From NCBI GenBank assembly GCA_963744545.1, contig CAVUUH010000044.1, positions 34,140-98,139 on the forward strand: a stretch of 64,000 nucleotides of DNA, in the 5' to 3' direction. Under the pieces are notes generated by a model that searched no databases, was not told the origin of the DNA, and was given only the letters and a program-made list of their open reading frames with translations. The stretch comes from an uncultured delta proteobacterium (GTDB taxonomy: Bacteria; Desulfobacterota; Binatia; Binatales; Binataceae). A program made the translations under genes and the position numbers. This document shows positions 40,343 through 49,471 of this stretch, in pieces; the stretch's first letter is position 1, and each line of letters begins with the position of its first letter.

Positions 40343-40489
40343 ATGGTCGCGGACCTGGATAGTGACAGCAGCGTTCCCATCGATCCCTACGCCTTCGTGC
40401 TCGTTGCGTTCCTAGCCTTGCAAGTGTTGGTGGTCGGGATGGTATTGATTTGGCGCATTTGGAAACGTGATGACCACAATTCCAACTGA
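40343..40489 (+). CDS. possible 48-aa TM peptide (MVADLDSDSSVPIDPYAFVLVAFLALQVLVVGMVLIWRIWKRDDHNSN)
   Basis: hand-translated; GAGG 5 nt before the ATG; divergent from the 93-aa ORF and convergent with the transposase. Confidence 0.2.
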   Translation: MVADLDSDSSVPIDPYAFVLVAFLALQVLVVGMVLIWRIWKRDDHNSN

Positions 40490-40544
40490 ATCGGCTCGCT
40501 GGCGACGTTCTCAGATAGCTGAGACATTCGCCAGTGTTCGTGTC

Positions 40545-41468
40545 TCAGCACCCTCCTATCGCTTTGCCGAATATGTCGGCTTCCTTCCGATTGTTGAATC
40601 GGAATTGAAACTCCGCGAGATACAGCGGCAGATACTTAGCGCTGACATGATGGTACGTACCGATGACCCCGCGCTTGAGCAGCGACCAGAACGATTCCAT
40701 CGTGTTCGTATGGACGATGCCGCGCACGTACTCGCCTTGCGCATGGCCGACAGTCTGATGCGGCAGTCCTTGCCAGCGATCAAGATACTGGTAACCGGAA
40801 TGCTCATCCGTTGCGATCAGCGAGACTTTCTCTTTGTCTACCACTTCATGGACGAAACGATGCATCGTCGGCATATCCGCGCGCTCGATCATCTTGCAGA
40901 CAACGTTGCCTTTGCGGCTGATCGCGCCGATCACTGGAATTTTACCGCCGGTTCCTCGAATGTGTTTTTTCTTGCTGGCGTGTCTGTTCTTATCGAGTCC
41001 GCCCATGTAGGTCTCATCGACTTCGACGATACCCATGAGCTTGCGAAAGTCGGGGTCTTTCATTCCGGCGCGAAGTCTCATGCACATATACCACGCGGTC
41101 TGATACGAGCCGGTTCCGAGCATCCGATGAATTTGAAGTGCGCTGATCCCCTTCTTCGATGTGACCATGAGATGCAGAACCTTGAACCACATAATCAGCG
41201 GCTTCTTAGATTCCTCGAAGATCGTTCCAGTCGTAAGCGCGAACCGATAGGGCGAGCGCGGCTTAGGTCCGCACTTCATGCACTGCCAACGGATAGGGCG
41301 CGTTTTGCTTTCGTATATGTGCTCGTTTTTGCATCGCGGGCAGCGGACGCCAGCGGGCCAGCGGCGCGACAACAGATAATCGCGGCAGGCTTCCTCATTT
41401 GGAAACATCCGATCAAAATCGCTGATCGTCATCTGCCGAACGAATCGGGGTTCTGTCTCGTTGCTCAT
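40545..41468 (-). CDS. IS1595-family transposase
   Basis: N-terminal zinc ribbon 'CPRCKNEH...WQCMKC', 'VEVDETYMGG', 'IATDEHSGY', 'HTNTMESFWSLLKRG..G.YHHVS.KYL..Y..EF.FR.N'; ATG at 41466-41468 (the ORF-track TTG start at 41504 lies within the terminal repeat). Confidence 0.85.
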   Translation of the reverse strand: MSNETEPRFVRQMTISDFDRMFPNEEACRDYLLSRRWPAGVRCPRCKNEHIYESKTRPIRWQCMKCGPKPRSPYRFALTTGTIFEESKKPLIMWFKVLHLMVTSKKGISALQIHRMLGTGSYQTAWYMCMRLRAGMKDPDFRKLMGIVEVDETYMGGLDKNRHASKKKHIRGTGGKIPVIGAISRKGNVVCKMIERADMPTMHRFVHEVVDKEKVSLIATDEHSGYQYLDRWQGLPHQTVGHAQGEYVRGIVHTNTMESFWSLLKRGVIGTYHHVSAKYLPLYLAEFQFRFNNRKEADIFGKAIGGC

Positions 41469-41539
41469 GTTCGATACATTAGCAGCGGACACGTTGTTAG
41501 TCAAGAGCCGGATAATCGCCTTGAGTTAGGGGAGAGGAG

Positions 41540-41812
41540 CTATTCCTCGCCGAAGCGGTCGTCGAAGAGGGTTTGCACTGCTTTCAGGGCTTCGCGGGCG
41601 TCGGTGCCTTCGCATCGGAGCTTTAGCTTCGAGCCTTGGGCGGCGCCGAGCATCATCAGGTTGGTCATGCTCTTGGCGTTGACGAGATCCTCGCCAGTGC
41701 CAATCAAAATCTTCGAAGCGAATTTCGCCGCCGTCTGCGCGAGCGCGGATGCGGCCCGGAGATGAAGTCCGAGCCGGTTCTTAACCTCCACAATCGCCTC
41801 CGCCACGTTCAC
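41540..41812 (-). CDS. ptsH: HPr-family phosphocarrier protein
   Basis: 90 aa; 'VKNRLGLHLRAASALAQTA' with the active-site His. Confidence 0.9.
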   Translation of the reverse strand: MNVAEAIVEVKNRLGLHLRAASALAQTAAKFASKILIGTGEDLVNAKSMTNLMMLGAAQGSKLKLRCEGTDAREALKAVQTLFDDRFGEE

Positions 41813-41861
41813 GAGGACTACGATAAAGGTATCGGCGTCGTCGGTAAACGACTGCGTGCGA

Positions 41862-43317
41862 TCAATCGGCTTCGGTGACGGTCTGCGGGGTGCGCGAAAG
41901 TTCGACGCCGCGTTGGCGGCCGCTCACTTCGTCGCCGGCGTGATATTCAAGCGGCAGGAAAAAGAGCGACGACAGCAGCGCGAGAAGTCCCATCACCAGA
42001 AAGGCCGGGGTGAAATCGTGCGTCGACAGTTGAGTCGAGCCGCTCGCACGCAGGCTCATGTGCAAGAGCATCGCGCCGAGCGCGACGCCCAGGCTCAGGA
42101 ACAGTTGCTGCGCCATGCTCGCCAGAGTGCTGGCGTTGCTCATCAATCTGTCCTGCACGTCGGCGTAGGCCAGGGTTCCGAGCGCGGTGAATTGCAACGA
42201 GCGGAAGAATCCGCCCGACAGGAGCGCCGCCACGATGAGGAAATGAGGCGTCGTTGGACGGAACAGCGCGTAGCTCATCATGATGAAGGAGCTGATTACG
42301 CCGTTGGAGATCAGCACCGTGCGGAATCCGAGGCGGCGAATGATCGGGGTCGCGGTCGCCTTCATGAACAAGGCGCCGGCGGCGCTGGTGAAGGTCAGCA
42401 TCCCGGAAGCGAACGGAGAGAGGCCGAAAACGACTTGCAGCAGCATCGCCAGTAGAAACGGCAGCGCGCCGATGCCCATCCGAAAAAGTCCGCCGCCGAG
42501 AGTTGCCACCAAAAAGGTCGGGACTTTAAGCAGGCTGAGATCGATGATGGGATATTCGATGCGCTTGGCGTGAAGGATGTACAGCGCCATGCAGACGCCG
42601 CCCGTGGCCATCACGCACATGATGATGCTGGCGGGGATCACGCCGCGGCCGATCGACTCGAAGCCGGAGACCAGGCCTGCGAGCCCGAGTCCCGTGAGCA
42701 GGAATCCGCGGAAGTCGAGCGGGAAGGTGACATCCTCGCGGATGTTGGGGATGTACCAGGTGACCAGCATGAAACCGAGCGCGCCGATCGGGACGTTGAT
42801 GAAAAAAATCCACCGCCACGAATAATACGTCACGATGAAGCCGCCGACCGGCGGCCCGACCACCGGACCCAGCACGGCGGGCACGGTCAGGTAAGACATC
42901 GCGGTGACCAGCTCGGACTTCGCGATGGTCTTCAGCACGATCAGGCGGCCGACCGGGACCATCATGGCGCCGCCGAAGCCTTGCAAAATTCGCGAGGCGA
43001 CCAGCTCCGGCAGCGAATTCGAGAAGTCCGCAGAACACCGAGCCAGTCGTGAAGATCAGGATCGCGGTGCGAAAGACCGTACGCGCGCCGAATCGATCCG
43101 CCATCCATCCGCTGATCGGAATGAAGACGGCGAGGCTCAGCAGGTAGGAAGTGATCGCGAGGTTGAGCTTGATCGGATCCTCGCCGAGCGACTTGGCCAT
43201 CGCGGGCAGCGCGGTCGAAATGACCGTCGCGTCGAGCATCTCCATGAACAGCGCGCAGCCGACGATCATCGGCGCCAGGAATTCGAGCGCGGAAATTCTG
43301 GATGCTGTCGGACTCAT
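41862..43317 (-). CDS. MFS transporter (DHA2/EmrB-like, 14 TM), frame change near 43020-43026
   Basis: 'MLDATVISTALPAM...SGWMADRFGART' N-terminus in one frame, 'LQGFGGAMMVPVGRL...WRWIFFINVPIG' onward in the next. Confidence 0.8.
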
Positions 43318-43404
43318 CGAAGCAGATTACGCATGGACGGCAACCACGATATGGAAATCGGCAAAACCGGTAAACGCCCGGCTATACGCGGCGTGCAAAG
43401 AGAG

Positions 43405-44454
43405 TCAGTTGCCATTGCGGGCGGGCGCGGTACGAGCGGCGGCAGCCTGGGCCTTCTGGGCCTTGATGACAGTGGTGAACAACTCGCGCAGGCGCGGTTC
43501 GATTAGCGAGTCGCGGGTGGTACCCTCGCGCCGCCGCCATGCTCGGAGCGGGATGACAGCCTTGGCCATGTTGCGATGCCCGCCGGCGCTGCCGATGTCA
43601 CCGAACAGAGTCTTCACCGCCTCGCCGGCATTTTCGCCGCTCATGCCGTGGTTGCGAACGCTAATCACGAGCTGGTTGCCGAGCTTGCCCGCGACCGCGA
43701 CCCACGCGACACCTTCGAACTGAAGGCAGAAGTCCGCCATCTGTACGATCAGATCGTCGCGCTCGACGGTTCCGAGATTGAGCACGACCAGCTGATCCTT
43801 GACCACCATCCGGCTCATCGCACGCGCCAGGATTTGCGCGAAGCTGAGCGGCAGCTCGGGACGATCCATCTGGCGGAGCAAGCTGTAGTTGGCGAGCGGG
43901 GTGAGATGAGTGAAAGCCTGCAGGTCGACGTCGGTCACGCGGCGCGACAGTGCGAGCGTGTCGCTGCGGATTCCGTAAATCAGCGCAGTCGCGAGGCGCT
44001 CGCTGATTTTCTCTTCAGCCGTGACCAGGTACTCGGTCATGATGGTCGCGGTCGCGCCGTATTTCACCCGCACATCCTCGAACGGCGCGGAGCCACCGGG
44101 ATAGCCGGGATGATGATCGATCGCGATATCGGCGCGCGGGATTTTTTCGCCGAAGAAAGGCGGCTGCACATCGACCATCGCAATCTTGTCGAACTCGCGG
44201 AGGTCTTCGGTGGTGGCCGGCTGGATTTCGATTTCCAGCAGATGCACCATCGTGAGGTTTTCCGGACGCGTCACGGGCTTGAACGCGAGCAACGGCGTGG
44301 TCTGCTTGTTGCGCCCGAGCAGAGTGCGCAGTGCTATCCCGCTCGCCATCGCGTCGGGGTCGGGATCGTCCTGCAGCACAATGCCCACGCGATCGCCGTC
44401 GGAGACCATCGCGCGCAATTCCTTGATTTTCTGTTTGGTGAGAGCTTGATCCAT
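43405..44454 (-). CDS. DHH-family phosphoesterase (NrnA-like)
   Basis: 'DPDPDAMAS', 'AIDHHPG', DHHA1-type C-terminus 'GGHRNMAKA'. Confidence 0.85.
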   Translation of the reverse strand: MDQALTKQKIKELRAMVSDGDRVGIVLQDDPDPDAMASGIALRTLLGRNKQTTPLLAFKPVTRPENLTMVHLLEIEIQPATTEDLREFDKIAMVDVQPPFFGEKIPRADIAIDHHPGYPGGSAPFEDVRVKYGATATIMTEYLVTAEEKISERLATALIYGIRSDTLALSRRVTDVDLQAFTHLTPLANYSLLRQMDRPELPLSFAQILARAMSRMVVKDQLVVLNLGTVERDDLIVQMADFCLQFEGVAWVAVAGKLGNQLVISVRNHGMSGENAGEAVKTLFGDIGSAGGHRNMAKAVIPLRAWRRREGTTRDSLIEPRLRELFTTVIKAQKAQAAAARTAPARNGN

Positions 44455-44682
44455 AGAAGTGAGAGAATCCCGTGTCGCGTGGAGCGACTACAGGTAATTC
44501 AAATCTTAATCGCAGATCGTTCGGGTGCGGTCGTGCCGGGCGCCGATGTCCAGAATAACGGGACGTGCGGTCCGAAAATGCGTGTGGCGATGCCGAGCGT
44601 GACGAACGGTTATGGAAATCATCGGTGGTCGGGAAATACCACAGCGCAAAGAGTTGAAGCAATGATAGTATAAACGGCGCGT

Positions 44683-44934
44683 ATGGACTCCACTGGCTCA
44701 CATTCTAGCAAATTTCATTGCGTGATATGCCGCCGCGAATTCATCGAGTGGTTGCTGCGGATTTCGGTCGAAGATACCGCGGGCTTCCGGCAGCAGGCCT
44801 TTATCTGCGGTAATTGCGCGGTTAAACTTCGGCTCGCGTCGGAAAAAAATCGCGACTTGCAGATCGATCCGTGGATTCACGAGGCGGTCGCGAGCGTGTT
44901 GCGCGGCAAGAATCCCGACAAGCCGGAAAAATAA
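44683..44934 (+). CDS. small CxxC...CxxC zinc-ribbon protein, hypothetical
   Basis: 83 aa; 'HCVICRREF...FICGNCAVKL'; ends 17 nt before the lysK ATG. Confidence 0.45.
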   Translation: MDSTGSHSSKFHCVICRREFIEWLLRISVEDTAGFRQQAFICGNCAVKLRLASEKNRDLQIDPWIHEAVASVLRGKNPDKPEK

Positions 44935-44951
44935 GGACGAGACTTAAGTCG

Positions 44952-46576
44952 ATGGCGGGCGTATCGAGATCCGATTCGCAGGGCGGCAACGTTGCCGGCG
45001 CGGAACTATGGCCGCGTGAAGAAGCTCGACGGCTCCAGGAGCGCGTCGCAGCCTACGAGCCGCAACGTGCGGTAATTTTCGAGAGTGGCTTCGGACCTTC
45101 GGGACTGCCGCATCTAGGGACGATGGCAGAGATTCTTCGCCCATCGTTCGTGCGCAAAGCATTTCATCTGATCGAGCCGTCACGGCCGTCGCGGCTGATT
45201 GTTTTCATCGACGATCTCGACGGATTGCGCAAGGTGCCGGAGAACGTGCCGAATCGTGAGGACGTCGAGAAGTATCTCGGCGTCCCGGTGTCGAAGATTC
45301 CCGATCCGTTCGGATGCTGCGGCAGCTTTGCCGATCACATGATCGCGCAGCTCGGCGGATTTTTGGCGCCGGTCGAAGTCGAGTACGAACTGATCCGATC
45401 GGCCGAGATGTATTCGTCGGGGCGCTTCGACGAAGGTCTCAAGCTGATTCTCGAAAAGCATGCGGAGATCATCGCGATCATCGCGCCGACGCTGCGCGAG
45501 GAGAATCGCGCGGGATGGTCGCCGTTCATGCCGATTTGTCCGAAGTGCGGGCAAGTCGTCGAGCGAGCGGTGACGGCATATCACCCTGAGCGCGCGGCGA
45601 TCGAGTTCACATGCGAAAAGAGCGCGGGCGGCACCTCGGGATGCGGCTTCAGTGGCGAGCAGTCGGTGCTCGGCGGGATGGCGAAGGTGCAATGGAAGGT
45701 CGATTGGGCGCTGCGATGGTACGTGCTCAAGGTCGATTACGAGCTGTACGGTAAGGACCTTACCGATTCGGCGCGGCTCGGCGGCCAGATTCTTCGCGTG
45801 ATGGGCGGGAAGCAGCCGCTTGGATTTCCGTTCGAGATGCTGCTCGACGAGCAGGGTCACAAGATTTCGAAGTCGGTGGGCCGCGGCGTGTCGGTCGAGC
45901 AGTGGACGCGTTATGCGCCGATCGAAGTGCTGAAAATGTTCCTGCTGCTCAATCCGCGGCGCGCGCGCAAATTGTTTCTCGAGGCGATTCCGCAGTACGT
46001 CGACGAATATCTCGACGCGCTGCGCGCCTATGCGGCGGCGTCGGAGGAGCAGCGTCGCGAATCGGTGATGGAATTCGTGATTCAGAGCACGACGCCGACG
46101 CGGTTCAACTCGGCGCTAAGCTTCGGATTGATGATGAACGCCGTCGCTGCGCTGGGCAGCTCGGATCGCGATTTCATCTGGAAATATCTCGTCCGCTACG
46201 ACTGCCTCGATCGCCGGCGATCCCGAAACCGAGAAGATGGGCCGGGCGCTGATGGAATGCGCGCTCAACTTCTATCGCGACTTCATCGAGCCGACGAAAA
46301 AGATCTACACGCCGGCTTCGGATGCGGAACGCGCGCAGCTGAAAACTCTTGCGGACTATCTGCGAGAAAATCAGGATGCGAGCGCCGAGGAGATCGAGAA
46401 GAAGATTTACGATCTCGGGCGCGAGAATTACGACAAGCCCGGCAAGATTTTTCCGCTGCTATATCGATCGATTCTCGGGACAGGAGCGCGGCCCTCGCCT
46501 GGGCGCGTTCATCCGGCTTGCCACGCCAGCCCGCGTCGTGGAACTGCTCGACGACACGATCGCACGATCAGCCTAG
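44952..46576 (+). CDS. lysK: class I lysine--tRNA ligase, two frame changes (about 46203 and about 46480)
   Basis: 'GFGPSGLPHLGTMAEILR' (HIGH-type), 'HKISKSVG' (KMSKS-type). The C-terminus continues in other frames ('ASIAGDPETEKMGRALMECALNFYRDFI', 'ERGPRLGAFIRLATPARVVELL'). Confidence 0.85.
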
Positions 46577-47721
46577 ACGAATTCGGCGAAGACTGAGTCG
46601 GCCATTTCGAGGCCGCGGTCGGTCAGCTTGATTCGGCCGCGGTCGAGCGTCAGCAATCCGTCGTTGAACAAGGGCGTGGCGATGCTGCCGAAGATGCATT
46701 CGAAGTTGCGGCCGAAGCGATCGTGGAAATCGGACAGCGCGAAACCCTCGCGCAGGCGGAGATTCAGGAACACGAATTCACTTTGCGCGTTGGCCTGGTC
46801 GATCGTTTCGGCGCCGGCCTCCGCGTTCGCGCGCTCTTCGATCGCTGAGATGTAGCGCGCAGGGAGCTTTTCATTCCACCATCGCCGGCCGCCGCGACCG
46901 TCGCCCGCATAGCTGTGAGCGCCCGCGCCGATTCCGAGGTACGTCTGCCCGCGCCAGTACGTGAGATTGTGGCGCGCCTCGTGGCCGGGTGGCGCGTAGT
47001 TCGAAATTTCGTACATCGCGTAGCCGCGCCGCGGAATTTCCTCGCGCACCGTTTGATACATCGCGGCCTGATCGTCGGTCGCGAGCTGCTTGATTCGTCC
47101 GCGCTTCAAGTCGGTGAAAAATGCGGTGCCTTCTTCGAACGTCAGGTTGTATGCCGAGATGTGATCCGGTTCGAGCGCGGCGACCGATTCGATGTCGAAG
47201 AGGACATCGGCAACAGTCTGTCCCGGAACTGCGAAAATCAAATCGAGATTGAGACGGTCGAAGCCGGCGCGATGCGCCATCTTTGCAGCGGCGCGGGTCT
47301 CGTCTGCGCTATGGATGCGGCCGAGAAACTTGAGCGTCGCGGCGTTGAACGACTGCGCGCCGAAGCTGATTCGATTCACGCCCGCCGCGCGCATCCCGGC
47401 GAGTTTCGCGAGGTCCACCGTGCCGGGATTTGCTTCCAGGGTTATCTCCGCGTCGTCCTCGATTCCGCAAACGCGATTGGCGGCGTCGATAATCTCGCCG
47501 ATGGATTTGGGATCGAACAGTGACGGCGTACCGCCTCCAAAGAAAATCGTTCTGATGCGCTCGCCTGAATACGGCGGCGTGTTGGCCCTGTATTCAAGCT
47601 CGGAAATCAGCGCGCGCGTGTATTGCGCCTCCGGCCACGACGCGGCTGCGTGCGAATTGAAGTCGCAGTACGGGCACTTCGATTGGCACCATGGAATATG
47701 GACGTAAAGTGAAAAGCTCAC
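46573..47721 (-). CDS. hemW: radical SAM heme chaperone HemW (HemN-like)
   Basis: 'LYVHIPWCQSKCPYCDFNS' CxxxCxxC; 'FFGGGTPS'. Confidence 0.9.
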   Translation of the reverse strand: MSFSLYVHIPWCQSKCPYCDFNSHAAASWPEAQYTRALISELEYRANTPPYSGERIRTIFFGGGTPSLFDPKSIGEIIDAANRVCGIEDDAEITLEANPGTVDLAKLAGMRAAGVNRISFGAQSFNAATLKFLGRIHSADETRAAAKMAHRAGFDRLNLDLIFAVPGQTVADVLFDIESVAALEPDHISAYNLTFEEGTAFFTDLKRGRIKQLATDDQAAMYQTVREEIPRRGYAMYEISNYAPPGHEARHNLTYWRGQTYLGIGAGAHSYAGDGRGGRRWWNEKLPARYISAIEERANAEAGAETIDQANAQSEFVFLNLRLREGFALSDFHDRFGRNFECIFGSIATPLFNDGLLTLDRGRIKLTDRGLEMADSVFAEFV

Positions 47722-47800
47722 GCGTCGATTGTAGCGCGCCTTCGACGCCCGCTACTACGCGCTTGAAGCGGTCGGTATACTTCCTCCGTCAGAGGTAGAT

Positions 47801-49471
47801 TTGTCCGAAGTCGCACCAAAACAGGAACGTGACGAAGCTGGCGTCAAGCCGCGTCCCGGACTCGCGCGCGCGAGCGGATCAGGTGCGAACGCGGCCGGCA
47901 CGATCGCTGCGGGCGTATTGCTCAGCCGGATTGCCGGTCTTGTCCGCGACAGCATCTTCGCACATTACCTCGGCGACTCGGCCACCGCAGACGCATTCAA
48001 GGCCGGCTTTCGCATCCCGAATATTCTGCAGAACCTCTTTGGCGAAGGCGTGCTCTCCGCGTCGTTCATCCCGGTTTACGGGAAATTGCTGGGCGAGGGC
48101 GACGACGAGACCGCCGACATGCTCGCATGGGGCGTCGGCGCAATCATGACGGTTGGCGTGACCGTGCTCGTCGCGATCGGCGTATTGGTGACGCCGTATC
48201 TTATCGACGTGATCGCGCCCGGCTTCGAAGGCGACAAGCGCGACTTGACGATTCAGATTGTGCGCATCCTGTTTCCCGGCGCGGGATTGCTGGTGATGTC
48301 GGCGTGGTTCCTCGGCGTGCTCAACAGCCATCACAAATTTTTCGTCTCGTACACGGCGCCGGTGGCGTGGAACGTCGCGATGATCGCGGCACTGCTCTAC
48401 TACGGCCCACGCCGATCGCAGGACGGGCTCGCGATCGCGATCTCGTGGGGATCCGTCGTCGGATCCGCATTGCAAATCGCGGTGCAAGTCCCGCAAACGC
48501 TGGCGCTGCTCAGAAAGCATCGCATCGATTTCGCGCGCGTCGCCGCGCCATTGCGCGCCGTTTTTCACAACCTGACGCCAGTGGTGATCAGCCGCGGTGT
48601 GATCAATCTCACCACTTACGTGGACAACGTGTTGGCGAGCCTGCTACCGACCGGCGCCGTCGCCGCGCTCAACTACGGCCAGTTGCTGTACATGGTGCCA
48701 ATCAGTCTGTTCGGTTATTCGGTAGCCGCGTCCGAACTGCCCGCGATGTCGCGCGCGGCCGGTGCGATGCCCGAACAGATGAGCGCGATCCTGCGCACGC
48801 GACTCAACCGCGGACTCCGTCAAATCGCATTCATGGTGGTGCCGTCGTCGGCAGCGTTCCTGATCCTCGGCGACGTGATCGTCGCGATGATTTATCAATC
48901 CGGTGCGTTTACGCGCGCCGACGCCGTTTACGTGTGGGCGGTGCTCGCGGGGTCTGGAATCGGACTGCTGGCCGCGACGATGGGCCGGCTCTACAACTCC
49001 GCGTTCTACGCGCTGTTCGACACGCGCACTCCGCTGCGATTCGCGATTATCCGCGTCGTGCTAACCGTGATTTCCGGCTATCTGTGCGCGATTCCACTTC
49101 CGCACATGCTCGGAATCGCGCAGAAGTGGGGCGTCGCTGGGCTGACGGTCTCGGCCGGCGTGTCAGGATGGGTCGAATTCGTGCTGCTGCGATGGGCACT
49201 GAACAAGCGCATCGGATGGACCGGACTCGAGCGTTCGTTCCTCGCGAAGTTGTGGGCGCTGGCTCTGGGAGCCGCTGCGGTCGGCTTCTTCATGAAGCTT
49301 CACATGGCGGGATACGGGCCGCGCATCCAGGGATTGGTAATCCTGTCGACCTACGGCGGACTTTATTTTTTCGGCGCCTGGATGCTTGCGTTGCCGGAAC
49401 TGAAGCAATTCACCGATCAGATCACGCGCCGTTTTTCTCCGCGCGCGCCTTCGAACCCATCCGATCGATAG
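47801..49471 (+). CDS. murJ: lipid II flippase MurJ
   Basis: 'LSRIAGLVRDSIFAHYLGDSATADAFKAGFRIPNILQNLFGEGVLSASFIPVY'; 14-TM profile. Confidence 0.9.
   Translation: MSEVAPKQERDEAGVKPRPGLARASGSGANAAGTIAAGVLLSRIAGLVRDSIFAHYLGDSATADAFKAGFRIPNILQNLFGEGVLSASFIPVYGKLLGEGDDETADMLAWGVGAIMTVGVTVLVAIGVLVTPYLIDVIAPGFEGDKRDLTIQIVRILFPGAGLLVMSAWFLGVLNSHHKFFVSYTAPVAWNVAMIAALLYYGPRRSQDGLAIAISWGSVVGSALQIAVQVPQTLALLRKHRIDFARVAAPLRAVFHNLTPVVISRGVINLTTYVDNVLASLLPTGAVAALNYGQLLYMVPISLFGYSVAASELPAMSRAAGAMPEQMSAILRTRLNRGLRQIAFMVVPSSAAFLILGDVIVAMIYQSGAFTRADAVYVWAVLAGSGIGLLAATMGRLYNSAFYALFDTRTPLRFAIIRVVLTVISGYLCAIPLPHMLGIAQKWGVAGLTVSAGVSGWVEFVLLRWALNKRIGWTGLERSFLAKLWALALGAAAVGFFMKLHMAGYGPRIQGLVILSTYGGLYFFGAWMLALPELKQFTDQITRRFSPRAPSNPSDR

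Larger units (their letters stand above)
39291..41520. mobile_element. IS1595-family transposon carrying passenger ORFs (2.23 kb)
   Basis: imperfect 21-bp terminal inverted repeats (17/21): ggcaattatccggcaccagac (39291-39311) vs the reverse complement of 41500-41520 (ggcgattatccggctcttgac); 8-bp direct duplication ttgagtta at 39283-39290 and 41521-41528; strongly AT-rich interior (a sampled 60-nt line gave 22/60 G+C). Confidence 0.7.

Noticed and set aside
40467-41765. 432-aa plus-strand ORF
   Set aside because: It is antisense to the IS1595 transposase and HPr, both of which have clear family signatures.
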